From Octopus sinensis (Eukaryota): a stretch of DNA of 64,000 nt. The stretch covers positions 46,066,001 through 46,130,000 of the forward strand of contig NC_043012.1 of the NCBI RefSeq assembly GCF_006345805.1, given 5' to 3'. Shown piece by piece: positions 44,245 through 58,499 of this stretch. The translations under genes were made by a program, and so were the position numbers. Positions within the stretch are counted from its first letter, which is position 1. The number at the start of each line of letters is the position of its first letter. The notes under the pieces were generated by a model. It ran no database searches, was not told where the DNA came from, and saw only the letters and a list, made by a program, of their open reading frames with translations.

Positions 44245-45129
44245 GGTACGCACACCCGCACGCACGCACGCACGCACTCTCGCACACAGAGATACTCACA
44301 CAGACATATTCACGAATAAATGTATGTACATACACATGTACAGATTTATACGTCACGTCGTAAAGAGCAAGGATTCTCGTTAAATGTCTTCGAATATGTC
44401 AGATATACTAAAGTGGCAAGTACCTGTCGACAACATTCCGACTGCCTCGATAAGACATCGGATATTTATGGTCATTTCACTGTGCCTGCACAGTGATTGC
44501 TTCGTACGATTGAGCAAATATTTATCGCTAGAAGCTGTTCAGTCAGTGTTATAATAATATTCGCTGTAATTTATTGGGTTATTTTAATAGCACATAAACA
44601 TGCCTTCAACTCACCATAGAACATTTCTCTGTAAATTTTTTCTGCTTCTTAAATCTATGAAAATATTCACCGTTCGCTTTTTCGTACAACATTCTCCTAA
44701 ACCACCTATTTTCAATTCTGTTTAGAGCTACGTGTATATAAAACTCATAGTGTTAATTCTAACATTGAAAAGAATATCTTATATATAAATCTGAAATTAA
44801 AAAACCAAAAAAAACTCTTTTTAAAGTACAACCGCATAATCTTCATTAGTTTAAGAACATTTTTCTATTAATAATCAATAACGTATATTATATGTTATTC
44901 TTCGCGAGCTTTCGGCGATAAATTCTTTAAAAGAAACATAAAGATATTAACTAAAATGCTGTATGATTACGCTCATAATAGGACCGGTTAGCCATAAGAT
45001 GAAATATATTGGAATAAAATGTAACACGCACACATAATGGAAGCATACACTAAGAATATATAGAATATGTAGCAGAACACACGCGCATATATGCATATAT
45101 ACATACATAATTGTATATATGTGTATATA

Positions 45130-45179
<50 letters not shown>

Positions 45180-45767
45180 TGTGTGTGCGTGTCTATACCA
45201 ATATGTAAAGGGAGAGAAAGCAAAATAGAGAGGGAGAGGGAGAGAGCAAGAAAATTATATATACATACATAGGAACATATGTAGCATGAACGCATATGCA
45301 TGCGCGTATGCATATCAAAACAATTATATTTTACTCACAGCACAATGTCAATGGGAAGGACCGCAATAAATTGCAAATATTAAAAACAGATAGTAATCAA
45401 TACGTTTAATAATATATTCTTGGTATTGTTTCGTTGTGCGGAAAAAATAAGCTGAGTTTTCTTACAGTGGCTCTCAGATAAAATGCACCCAGAAGCCCAT
45501 CCAACAAGATGATTTCAATTATTGCATTATGAATAGAATACATATGTAATTCAAATTAATAACGAATCATCATAAGCACATATATTCAAATCAAGCTATC
45601 GACCACAGTAATATTTAAGTTCTGAATGATTTATATACCAGCTGTATACAATGAATTAGCCCTCGCCTTCCCTATTAAGAAAAATCTTCGGGTATATGCT
45701 TGTGCTTTTCTCTGTGTACACCCCCACACACACACACATTCCCCCCCCCATACACACACATATATGG

Positions 45768-46005
45768 AGACGTATGACCTAGTGATTAGGGTATTGTACT
45801 CATGAGTGCGAGATCGTGGTTTCATTTCATGGAGCAGGTCGTGCGTTGTGTTCTTGAGCAAAACACTTCATTTCGACACCTGACGTACAGGATACCTTGT
45901 ACATTTTCTGGCAACGTCGATTTTATGGAGGGAATGGGCTAATGTACAGCATATGCATTTGATCACTAATCATTTATGCACGTTGCTTAGCAAGAAATTG
46001 CAGAA
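45768..46005 (+). mobile_element. tRNA-derived SINE, decayed
   Basis: gacctagtgattagggtattgtactc...gtggtttcatttc head; ttgagcaaaacacttcatttc. Confidence 0.6.
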
Positions 46006-47219
46006 ACATCTTTTATGGAAACTCAAATGGAGAAATAAATTCATGTTTCAGCCAGGAAACACTGGGTAACTGTATTTCACAAGTCTCGTGGTTTTCATTA
46101 TCACATTATCTTTCCTCTCTTAGCTGGTCGAGTGCGCTTCTGGTTGATGAAGCGGTACAACATACATACGCTCACACACACACACGCACACACACACATA
46201 TACTCACACAAAAACACAAACACACACACACATATATATGCATCAGTTTAGAATTAGACGTTCATGTACTCAGATAGAACGTTTAACAACTGACTAGCTC
46301 GTGTATGGTTAAAGACTGTTGATAGAGAAATGAATATTATCTTCTGACGTAGGTAATAATATAGGCATATCATAATATGTCATATATCGTATCATAATAT
46401 AGACATATCATAGATAGGTATATATTGTTTAGAGCAAGAGTCTTTTTCCCATTAAACTTACGTTCTGTTTACCTAGAGGTTACCTGGCGTATGGTTACAG
46501 AAGCACAAGTGTGTTCAATAAAATAAAATAAAATTAGCGGGTGTAGCGAAATAATGAAATGCGTTCCTCGACAAGTTGCTGTTGTAGGAAGCCTGAAGTA
46601 ATTCTTTTCTCTACAGCCAATTGTAGTCGTCGAAAAGAAAGCAAGTTAATTACGTAAGATATTCTAATTTAAATTCTGTCAATTTGAAAGCTCAGCCGTT
46701 TCGTGTAGATTCAACAGTGCTCAATAGCGCAAATTGTATAGAAACACTTCACCGTTTTCACTATCGAATCATCCGTTCAGGGAACTACTTATCGTAATTG
46801 GCATTGTAAAGATAGCCAATTATATCAATCATGGAAAGCAAATTCAAATATTATAGGATAACTAATCACAGATCGTGCTTTATTTACGCTTACGCTATTG
46901 TGACAGTTGTAAAAGTCTTAAAGTTACTTTGCGCACGATATCCATTTCAGACGATAAAGACGTAATTCAATGTCCAGAGATTTAACTATTCACAGAGAAT
47001 TTCTTGGTGTATCCAACAGATATGCACATCGTTTAGCATCGGAGAAATGGTAATATTTATAAACACAGTTATATGCTTGCTTATACCGGCACACAAGCGC
47101 ATTTAAGCACGCACATCTAAACACAGAAACATGCACACGTACAACACGTGCGCGCACATTCACACAAACATATATATATATATACAAACATACGCACGGA
47201 TACACAAGGGCAACCCAAT

Positions 47220-47251
<32 letters not shown>

Positions 47252-47554
47252 GTATATATAGTCAATAATAATAAGGGTAAAATTAATCAATTAGTAATTA
47301 ATAATTTTACCAAGCAGTGTTCAGTATGTAAAAAGACCATTTACGGTATATTTAACATTACTTTGTATAATTAGGGTTCAGCTAAAAAATTTTACTTTAC
47401 CACACACCGGACTTTTAGAAATAGCAGTCAAAGAATTTAGCTATTTCCTCTACTATAAGAAGAGTCTCCCAGACAATGTATACTCAAAAACAATGTATAC
47501 TCAAAAACAATTTACGTAGGCATAGAGGGAAAAATAACAAAAGATCACTCGTAC

Positions 47555-48385
47555 ATCGATTACTTGAGAACGCCGTTTCTGGGTTAGTTAGATATAGAGA
47601 TGCTAGAAATACATGTCTGAGAGGGCTATTATGAACAGTAGTGGTCCCAAAACAGTGCCTTGCAGAACACCGCTCACTATTTGCGTATCATTGGAGGTAG
47701 CCCTATTCGCTACTACCACCTGACTTCTATCCTTCCAGTTAGCCTTATAGAAATGTAGGCTGGATAGGGTTTGAGTGTCATCTGTGCGGAGTTTATTTTT
47801 AGAATCATTCCGAGCCATACATTGTCAGTTCTATCATGATATGGTCTGAGAATATTGTCGGTGTTATATTTACGTTGTGGATACTTTCCACAATGTTTAC
47901 AAAACAGAGGTCAAGGATATTTTTGTGCTTGGTTGGAGAGAGTATGATCTGCTCAATGCATAGCATTTTTTTAATATCAAGTAGAGATTCTGCTTGATTT
48001 CGCTCTTTGTTCGTCATTCCTAGGGTTATATTGCCTTCAGACCACCTGATGTTGGGAAAGTTGAAGTCGCCCATTCAGGAATATAGTAGTACGTTGATCC
48101 AATTGTGCTAGTACCTCCTTTATCGCACTGTAGCTTTCCTCAAATTTTCCATCACGATTTGAGACATAGAGCGATATAGTGTGCATAACACTATATCAAG
48201 TTGATTTAGATGTACTATTAATGTGTCACACACCAAGTTCGAGTTCGATAACAGGGTTAATGGTGTGACATCTCGAATTTACGTTGCAACTCCACCGTGA
48301 CATTTTTCTTCTGTCTGTACGGACGACAGCATTGGTATGTGTTTCTCCGCATCACTTGTCTGCAAATAGATGTTTCTGTAAGTGC
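47555..48385 (-). mobile_element. CR1-like LINE fragment with APE endonuclease fused to RT piece by internal deletion
   Basis: ALTET..HGGVA..IR, TLYR, MGDFNFPNIRW, LDLCF (APE) directly followed by SGVLQGTVLGPLLF (RT). Confidence 0.8.
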
Positions 48386-48796
48386 AAGTAATATATATAT
48401 ATAATATGTATATATATAAAGGGAAGGTTTACGAAAATAAACAAAAGACGAAGGCAGGTGGTGTACAAACAAACAGATGTATTAGTATAGAGCTCAGGAA
48501 TGGAAAAAGTATTTTACGTTTCGAGCCTACGCTCTTCTACAGAAAGATACACAGAAAAAACAAGGAGACAAAAAATGTGTGTAGTAGCTAACGATCTATC
48601 ATGGCGTCTGACTTCGGACAGAATGGTCAGACGGGAGAGTGGGAAGTAGGGGAGATAACAAGGTCAAGATGACCTCTAATACGAAGGAGCCCCCAACACA
48701 AAGGTGCGTGTGTGTATAAGAGAGTATGTACGTGCGTGTGAAAGAGGGCTGGTGGTCTGGACGTGTGTGTGTGTGGAAATGTGTCAGTTATGATTT
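48276..48796 (+). repeat. ~520-bp direct duplication, copy 1
   Basis: Near-identical to 51211-51748. Confidence 0.95.
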
Positions 48797-49195
48797 CATT
48801 GTAAAAATATTTTTTAAAAATAGAAGTTGTTCTTTGTTATATTCCATTGTGAATTGAATGTTACTATTTATGTCATTTAGTGTTGTTTTGAAATCCAAAA
48901 GTTTCTCGATGTTCTCCTTCCAGATGATAAAACAGTCATCCAGGTATCGCTTTCAATTTTCTCTTATGTAGAGGTAAAATGGGTAACCATATTTCTGAAG
49001 TGATACTTCATATAAGGTGAATTCAAAATAACCTATTATTAGGTTCGCAAGAACAGGAGCTGCTTTCGTCCCCATCGCAATTCCGCATTTCTGACGATAG
49101 TATGTGTCATCAAATAGGAAATAATTGTTCTGAAGTATAAATTTTAAGGATTCAATAATAAAGATCTGGTTTATGCGTTCCGGGAGGACTTCCAT
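48797..49195 (-). mobile_element. Inverted 5' segment of a Penelope-like element (RT core)
   Basis: NNYFLF..YYRQKCGIAMGTKAAPVLANL...KRYLDDCF...IQFTMEY. Confidence 0.88.
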
Positions 49196-50500
49196 TTTTA
49201 GACATCACGATAAAAAAAGTTAACAATGAAATCATAACTGACATTTATTATAAACCAACTGACTCAAAACAATATCTTCTTTTTAACTCATGCCACCCGA
49301 AACACATAAAAATAAACATCCCTTTTAACTTAGCGAAAAGGATCTGCACAATAGTGCCTGATAGAATAACTTGGGACCTTCGTCTTCAAGACCTCAAAAT
49401 AACACTTATTGAAAGACAATAAACACCCTCTCTTATCGACGAGGGAATTAAACGTCCCAAACAATTAGACACAAAAACACTAAGAACGAAACAACATAGC
49501 ACCACACCGCAAAATAAAGCATTACTTTTTATATCAACACACAACCCCAGAAGCAATGAGGCATTCAACACTATTGTGCAAACTCTCCCTTTACTAACTA
49601 GAGATCCAAAAATGAACGACATCCTGAAAACACACAAACTTATCAAATGCAAATAACAAGACAAATCGCTAAAGAGACTACTAACAAATGCGAAGCTTTA
49701 CAAAACAACCACGAAACCAACGGTTGGAAAATGTGGACGCCCGAACTGTGGAACCTGCCCCAACCTGCTTGAAGGCTCGGATTTCCTTTTCAAACAAGGA
49801 CAGATGTTCACAATTAAAACTAGTTTCACCTGTGACTCTGAGAACCTAATTTATATAATAACCTGCTCGGGTTGCGGTCATAAGTACATTGGAGAAACGA
49901 GTTTAACTTTGAGAAACAGAATCACTCTGCATAAGGAGCAAATCCGTTTCCCGCAATAGTGAACACATAGAAAAATGTGCAGGTAACATCAAACCAAATT
50001 TCACAGTCTTCCTTTTCTACCAGTGCAAAGACGCAATCTCTCAACTAGAACGCTTAAATAAAGAAACTTGTTTCATTGAAAAATACAAAACACGTCTTAA
50101 TATGCACGCATAACCAACTTTTATATTTTTACATATTACATCACTGTACATAAATCCCCTACTAAACAATGTATTTTTTTAAAACCTGTCTCTTTTCTGT
50201 ACACATATTTATTCCCCGCCCAAAACCTGAACAGTTAGCTCCCTTACACACAAAAATAACAACAATAACAGCCAATTACCTCCCTTTATTTGTTTACTTG
50301 TAAAGTCATTCACTCGTGAATTTCATCACACACAACATGGACCAAATTTCTTCTTAAGAAAATATATATTCATATAAATTAACATTATATCATGAATAGC
50401 GATAGCGAAAACCGGTCGATATCTTAAAATTATAATTAAAACCATGTAAGTGTGCGTATTTTCCTTTTTTAATTTCTTATATACATTACAACCCCACGTG
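49188..50500 (+). mobile_element. Penelope-like element 3' part (thumb + GIY-YIG), decayed; related to the 12-kb element
   Basis: LPFLDI..DIYYKPTDSKQYL.FNSCHPKH; KCGRPNCGTC; NLIYIITC.GC..KYIGET; partial repeat of the thumb region at 50577-50695. Confidence 0.88.
50387..50422 (+). ncRNA. Minimal type I hammerhead-like fold, A3-U8 core variant
   Basis: atatc-ATGAATA-gc-gata-gc-GAAA-(a)ccgg-TC-gatat; one extra A. Confidence 0.5.
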
Positions 50501-50531
50501 GGGACAGCCGAAATCCTCTTTTCTGTTAATA

Positions 50532-50574
<43 letters not shown>

Positions 50575-51210
50575 TATATAATTAAACGTGCCAAACAATT
50601 AGACACAAAACACTAAGAAACAAAAGAACATAGCACCACGCAGCAAAACAAAGCATCACTTTTTATATCAACACGCCACCCCCGAAGCAGTAAAGGGCAA
50701 CGGAAAACTCAGAGTAACAGGTTTTGTTGAATCTTCTGCTGCTTTAAATAAAGTATATATATATTATATATATAATATCTATATATATATATATATAATA
50801 TATATATATGTTGTGTGTGTGTGTGTTGTGTGTGTGTGTGGTGTGTGTGTGTGCGTATGTATATATATATACATATTATAATATATACATATATAATATA
50901 TATATAATATACATACATATATATATATATATAACATATATATATAATATATATATATATAATATATGTATCATATATATATATTATATATACAATACTA
51001 ATGTATATTATATATATATATATATATACATATACATGATATATATTTGCATTATATATGTATACATGGTATATATATATATAATATATATATAATATAT
51101 ATATAATATTACATACATACAACATACATACACACATGCGTAATACATATACATACTGCTGCAACACCGTCGATTACGACGACGAGAGTTCCAGTTGATC
51201 CGATCAACGC

Positions 51211-51748
51211 AATTTACGTTGCAACTCCACCGTGACATTTTTCTTCTGTCTGTACGGACGACAGCATTGGTATGTGTTTCTCCGCATCACTTGTCTGCAA
51301 ATAGATGTTTCTGTAAGTGCAAGTAATATATATATATAATATGTATATATATAAAGGGAAGGTTTACGAAAATAAACAAAAGACGAAGGCAGGTGGTGTA
51401 CAAACAAACAGATGTATTAGTATAGAGCTCAGGAATGGAAAAAGTATTTTACGTTTCGAGCCTACGCTCTTCTACAGAAAGATACACAGAAAAAAACAAG
51501 GAGACAAAAAATGTGTTTAGTAGCTAACGATCTATCATGGCGTCTGACTTCGGACAGAATGGTCAGACGGGAGAGTGGGAAGTAGGGGAGATAACAAGGT
51601 CAAGATGACTTCTAATACGAAGGAGCCCCCAACACAAAGGTGCGTGTGTGTATAAGAGAGTATGTATGTGCGTGTGAAAGAGGGCTGGTGGTCTGGACGT
51701 GTGTGTGTGTATGTACGTGTGGGTGTGGAAATGTGTCAGTTATGATTT
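51211..51748 (+). repeat. ~520-bp direct duplication, copy 2
   Basis: Near-identical to 48276-48796. Confidence 0.95.
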
Positions 51749-53809
51749 ATTGTCTGTGAAAATCATAGAATATAAAACAACGTTGATAAAAACTTATATC
51801 TACTTTTCTGACGAAAACAATGCCGTTCTGAACATTTTGGTCGCAACTGTATATACATATGTATGCATGGATGAATGTATGTATGTATGTTTGAATGTGT
51901 GGCAACATGACCAAATTTCAATTCCAGCTATCAATAAAATATGCAAATATACCCATTATAGAAGCGTTCCCTCTGCAGAGACCAAACAATGTGAACCCAG
52001 CTACACGGTCTCAAAATAAGGAGTGCGATAATGTATGCTGTTATCCATAATGGGACCTTATTTATATCTATGAATACAACGATGTAATTGATGAAGTATA
52101 TTGAACTGGACATAAAAGAATTGAATGCAAACTTAGGCTACAGCCAAAATCATATATTGTTTGGTTAAATTTATAATACACAGTCACACATATATGTCTG
52201 CCATATATACACACAAATATTTATTCACGCTCACACACATACACACACACCAACTAATTTAATAATAAATAGAACAAAAAAAAACATCGCTCATTAGAAG
52301 TTTACTGTTATTGCGAATCAGCTGGTAATTCAGTGTATTATCATTAAAGCTTTGGACACGTACAGTTAGCATACAATCAGTTAGACATTGCTAACGAAGT
52401 CCTTTTAAACCCGTGATTGGAAGTGGTGTTTCAATAGTCAAAGTGAGTAATTCATTCAAATAATTACGTGACAGATAGAATCTATTGCTTGTAGCTCTGC
52501 AATGATACCGAGAGGGTACTCATTTGAAACCTGTACATTTATAGTTAACCGTTCGCTATATTTGTTAGAACTGATGAGTGAGGAATCGAGTAAATAGTCA
52601 GAATGTGTGGAAGATTTCCAAGGGAAATGTTTTTTTTTAATCGGCTCAGTAATATAATTAATTATTTCAGTATCTACAGCTTTTCATACCACTTCATTAA
52701 GCTATATTAACGACCACCATTTTATTGTCTTTCATATCCTAAGTCTCTGAACTTACAGTGGGATATAAAATTCTCTTTATCGTTTCAATTAAATAATGCA
52801 TTAACTGCTCTTAGTTAGAACTTACAATCGACCACATCCGAGATATCACAACAGTATGCCAGTAAATTTCGAAATCTGACTAACAACTGAAACAAATGTG
52901 GCTGAATAAACGAGAGATATATCGACCTTCAGCATCATTTTCGGACAATATCGAAAAGAACTGAATAAGGCACACTGCGAACATTCATAATTTTTGAAAC
53001 TCACTCCATGTCACTTTTCTCCTGAAGACTTCATAACCATTGAAACAACTTCTCCAATATAAAATGAATAATTTGGATAGTGTCTCTCCGTTCCTAAGCT
53101 TACAATTGCCAATACTGTTTCAGTAAAAGTTTACTTATACACAAAAAACTTGCAGTATCTATCAATAGAAAAAAATGTCTCACCTGGGAGGAAATGGCTT
53201 TTAATCTCTTCCGCCCGTATTCACTACAGCTAAACTATATCGGTCATTCAACCTCACTTGCAACCTAACGCTATCAAATTCATTTAATCCCATGTAAAAA
53301 GTTATGTGATTGATGTGTTCATAATCCCCTGATTGTTGAGTACTGAGCTACTGATCCACGTCAAGATTCCATCCATTATATGCAGTTTGTAATACAATGA
53401 ATTAAGGTTGTTGAATATATTATGTCACATATCGCCGCCAAATTAGCGCTAACATCCTCTCAATATCCTATCAACCTCCTGTCCAAATCACGTTGGCTGA
53501 TAAATAATACATAAAGAGTTTACCTTGTGCTGCTCTGATGGCAAGAATACCACTTGACGTGAGATGTCCACTAGAGGCATTAACAACCATAAGGCATCTT
53601 GAATATTTTTGAATCCTTCCTACCAGCCTCGTTATATTTGATAAACATACGCCCGCGTATGTTTAGGTAATTTAGAATTAACTAAAACATGTAGTGATTT
53701 CGATTATTTATCCTCCCATATGCAATGTGTATGTGTGTGCGTCTGTGTGCGTGTGCGTGCCTGCTTGTGTGTGTGTATGTATGCATGTATATATACATGT
53801 GCATGTGTG

Positions 53810-53851
<42 letters not shown>

Positions 53852-55001
53852 CGTGCGTATCTGCTTAAAAGATTTTCATCTTTGAGGTACGTACAAATAT
53901 TTCACCAAGGTTGTTGTACTTCACGGTGTTTACATCTTCCTTGTATTTGGCGTGGATATATAAATACATAGATAAATAGATAGAAAGATAGATAAATAGA
54001 TAGATAGATAGATACATACATACATACATACATACATACATACATACATACATACATACACACATCCAATGCACTCGCACATATAAATGAATGTATTGTC
54101 TATGCATGCATGTATACATTTAGGCATGTATACATACATGTATTGAATGCCTCGGCATGAATTGTAGTAAACATTGTTTATTTTAATTTTATTATACATA
54201 CGCAGTGTCATATACCATACTCCAACATATGTTATGGCAATTAACGTTAAATTGTTTTAGTAAAATTGATGAAATACTGATAATATTTCTGAGTTATTTT
54301 CTGAATAGCGTCTATTATTGTTGACTGAAATAGATCAGGAAGGATAAGCCAGGAAGTTTAAGCAAACGTCCATATTAAACATAATATGACAAACAAAATT
54401 ATTAACCATAACACGATAATCAACCAGGATACCATTGTAACATTTCAGGCTTAAAATTTTCGTTTTTTTGTATATACTTTGTATGATTAGGATAAAAAAT
54501 TCATTAGGTGAACGTCGTTTGATAGAATGCTATCAACCACAAGCATATTTTAGTCGATACAAACACAGATGTAAACAAGAATGTTTTGATATGCACAACT
54601 GATTCGGATTATACAAGTCATAACTAATTTCTACACCAAAAGAATCGAATAGAAAAATACTATATATAAGCAGAAAAAAATGTGTGGGTGGTTGCGGTGG
54701 TGGTGCAGTAAGTATAAATTCAAATTGTACATTACAAGAGCACAGTTTTGCATATTGTTCTGTATGAATAATGGTATATATAAATTGACAAATAGAATAA
54801 TAATTCACTTTAAAAAGATCGAAGCTTATCCTAAAAAACGAATGCTAATAAACTCTATCAGCAACGGCAATCACTTAAGCGAAAAGACCAACAATTCAAC
54901 AACAATAACATGTGGAACAAAAAGAAGACACCTGAAAAAAAAAACGGATATAAATTCATAGAACACACACACATACTAGACGTACACACAAACACACACA
55001 T

Positions 55002-55040
<39 letters not shown>

Positions 55041-55047
55041 ATATATA

Positions 55048-55091
<44 letters not shown>

Positions 55092-56177
55092 TCATTCGCA
55101 CACACACACACACATGCGCGTGTATATTTGGTAATATATATCTATGTATATACGTATATAATTGAGGTATAAAGCGTTATGTAAATATACGAATAGAGAG
55201 ATATACGCTAGTCTGGTGTGAATGTAAGTGCTTGCGTGTGTTGAGAATGCTAAAGGAATCTGAATCGAAAAAAATAAGTCGAGTATTGAAATGTCGAAAT
55301 GAAAAAAAAAAAATCAAACGTAAATATAGCAACATATAAGAAAACTAACAGAGATGTGTAATGAAAAGCCAAAGGGAAAATAACTAAAGCAAGAGTGTTG
55401 AAACTACATTGGAAGAGAAGGGAGAAAGAAAAAAATCGATTAAAATACTACAAGCGCAAACATTATAGAAAGAAATAAGGAAACTGTATGTGCATTTTAA
55501 GGATTCTTCAACACACTTGGACATCTCTTAGTTATTCATTTATTCTGACAAATTATGCAACATACCACGCTGCTACCTCAAGGCATTCTTTTTATATATT
55601 CATTTGGTCGTCACTATCAAATATTTAACAGAACTACATTCGTATATCTCACAAGTAGAAAATCAAAGTATAAAACAAACTCATATTTATAAGCATTTAC
55701 ACACCCCACACATATATATGTATCTATAAGTAGATGTGAAGACATTTTAAGGAATTGCTAGGTGTACATATGTATCTGTATGCCTGTTTTTGTATGTGTG
55801 TATGTGGGTGCATCTGAGAGAGAGAGAGTGTGTGTGTGTATGTGTGTGTACATGGGTGAGCGCTCGTATTTATACAAATTTCAGATCTTTCAGATTCCCG
55901 TTAGATGCTTTAGCTGCATTCAGATTAAAAGGTAAGTCCTTATTGGCTTTGGTAAAGCTAGACTCCGATTTGGAAGATCAGGTAAAATTGTTGTATATGG
56001 CTAACCAGATACCTACATGGTGTTAAACAATCTACTAAGGGAGGTAAGTCAGTCTCCGCTAACACTCTTTGAAATGCATTTAGCCATTTCATCTCAAATG
56101 TGTTGCATCCCTGATTGAATTCGTCAATTTACAAATTCAACATTGAACAGAAAATAAAATAAAATAAGGAATACCAA

Positions 56178-56325
56178 ACTTATTTGCATTATTTACGTTT
56201 GACAGATATTTGTCCTCACCTCGTTTGTTGCTAACACAACGTTTCGCCTGATGTACCCTCCAGCCTTCATCGGGTGTCTTGGGGAAATTTTGAACCTGCG
56301 TTCTTATTCCTAAGGTAGTTTTCGA
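56178..56325 (-). mobile_element. Short HHR-bearing repeat (PLE terminus or retrozyme-like); HHR 56233-56278 with U4C core
   Basis: - strand gacac-CCGATGA-a-ggctg..caggc-GAAA-cg-TT-gtgtt; homolog of 57553-57695. Confidence 0.7.
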
Positions 56326-56354
56326 TGTTGTTGTTGTTGTTGTTGTTATTATTA

Positions 56355-56389
<35 letters not shown>

Positions 56390-56395
<6 letters not shown>

Positions 56396-56470
56396 CCACT
56401 GCCTGGAATCGAACTCGCAATCTTGGGGTTAGCAGCTCGCACTCTAAGCCACTATGCCATATTCCCGTGT
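56390..56470 (-). mobile_element. tRNA-derived SINE head
   Basis: - strand tggcatagtggcttagagtgcgagctgctaaccccaagattgcgagttcgattccaggc. Confidence 0.65.
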
Positions 56471-56475
56471 AGGGC

Positions 56476-57370
56476 TTGTGTAGGATGAAAGATTGCAAAG
56501 ATGAAGCACCGTACAAGCAATTGAAAACGAATGTAACAGAAAATAGGTGGGTAAAGAAAAGAGTGCATGGACAATTTCATAGGGATGTTGAAGGTAAGAC
56601 AGACAGAGAAAAAAGATGGTTGTGGATGACTAAAATTGATTTAAAACCAGAAACGGGTACTCTAATCTGTGCCGCCCAAGAGTAAGCTCTAACAAGCTAC
56701 ATAACATACAGAATAGACAACACACCAGAAAAATGATAAGTGCAGAATCTGTGGACAAAATGGTGAAACCGTTATGGCATAATACCAGCCAATGTACGCC
56801 ACTAGCCCAGAAGGAATATAAGAGACGCCACGACAATATAGCAAGGCTTGTACAGAGGACACTTTGCAGCAAGTATGGACAGTGCAAAAAATTGGTACGA
56901 CCACAAACCCGAAGACATCGTCGAAAATGATAATGCAAAGATCCTGTGTGATTTTATATTTCAGTGCGACCTTGAGATAGAGAATAGGAAGCCAGACATA
57001 GTTTTATTTGAAAAAGAAAGCAAACTGTGCTGGATCATAGATATAGCATGCCCAGCTGACAACGAGGGATGCGATAAGGAAGAAAGAAAAGTCGATAGAT
57101 ATGGCAGGTGAACTTAAGCAGTTGTGGTCGATGAAAAAAAAAAGGTACTATTAGTACCAATAATTGTTGGAGACCTGGGAAGAGTGAGTAACAATCTTGA
57201 GAGGTACATGGAACAAGTAGGGGCTGCAATAAGGGTAGAGCACTTGCAGAAAACAGCACTGCTTGAAACCGCTCAAATAATACAGAAGGTGCTCGAAAAA
57301 TGAGAGGTGTTACTTTAGTTCACTGGTAGTGAACAGCTGACACCGTAGTACATCTCCAGCGTTAGAAGCT
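56476..57370 (+). mobile_element. R4/Dong-like LINE 3' fragment (CCHC + REL endonuclease), decayed
   Basis: W..KRVHGQF, LKPET.TLICAAQE, KCRICGQNGET, YKRRHDN, RKPDIV, IDIACPAD; ends in GAT/AAT tract. Confidence 0.85.
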
Positions 57371-57443
57371 ATGCAAAGCAATGATGATTATGACGACGAC
57401 GTTGATGATGATGATGATGATGATGATAATAATAATAATAATG

Positions 57444-57533
<90 letters not shown>

Positions 57534-57552
57534 CACTAACATTGAAAACTAC

Positions 57553-57695
57553 CTGAGGAATGAGAAGCCAGGTTCAAAATTTCCCAGAGACACCTGATGA
57601 AGGCTGGAGAGTATATCAGCTGAAACGTTGTGTTAACAACAAACAAGATGAGGATAAATATCCGCCAAATGTCAATAATGTAAATATTGTACACA
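57553..57695 (+). mobile_element. Short HHR-bearing repeat
   Basis: Homolog of 56178-56325, preceded by (AAT)n. Confidence 0.7.
57589..57634 (+). ncRNA. Minimal type I hammerhead ribozyme, canonical core
   Basis: gacac-CTGATGA-a-ggctg-gagagtatat-cagct-GAAA-cg-TT-gtgtt; palindromic aacgtt stem III. Confidence 0.75.
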
Positions 57696-58499
57696 ATTCC
57701 AAATCGTTTAAATATAAAACTGTTATACCAAACTTGCTTTTAAATTGCAGAAGGATATACTAACACTGCTTCAGTAGCTTGGAGGAGGTAAGCAAATATT
57801 AGCATTTTTGCCTCAGTTGAAAGGAATTCATTTAATATTTCAATCTGGTTGCTGAATATTGTTGGTATAACAATGGGACATGTTTTCGTAGAGCCTTTGT
57901 ACATAATTATTCAACATATGCTTATAAATTTTAGCTAGAAGGTAATTTCAGAATCGCAAAGGGTTTACCAAAATATACATGACAAATACCTATGCACAAT
58001 ATATCAACAACATCAGCATTATTAGGAGCGGCAGCAACAGGTGCGGCAAGAAGAAGAAGAAGAAGAAGAACTACAACAACAACAACAACAGCAGCAACAG
58101 CGACAGCAGCAGCAACAGCAGCAGATGTAGCAACAGCAGCGATTTATTATCATTACCACCATCGACTCGAGTATGATCAGATTTGCATGACACTGAAAGT
58201 ACATCCTTCTATATCGTCCATAGTATGCATATTTCCACGTCCTTTACACCCCTTGCTTTCTGATCGATCTATGTCTTCGCAAGGCAATGACATATCAGTC
58301 CAAAGTAGTGTGCAGCAAACACGCTTCTCGTAGCGTCTCAAGATTGTCCAGCAAAACTAAATATTCTATTTAGAATACAAACCGTTACTTTTGCTTTCTG
58401 TATAATATTTCATTATCATGACGCAAATTCCAGAACTGATTAAAAATGGCTGGAAGTATTCTCATATCGGCACCATCCAAAATAGTTTCAAGAGTTGGT

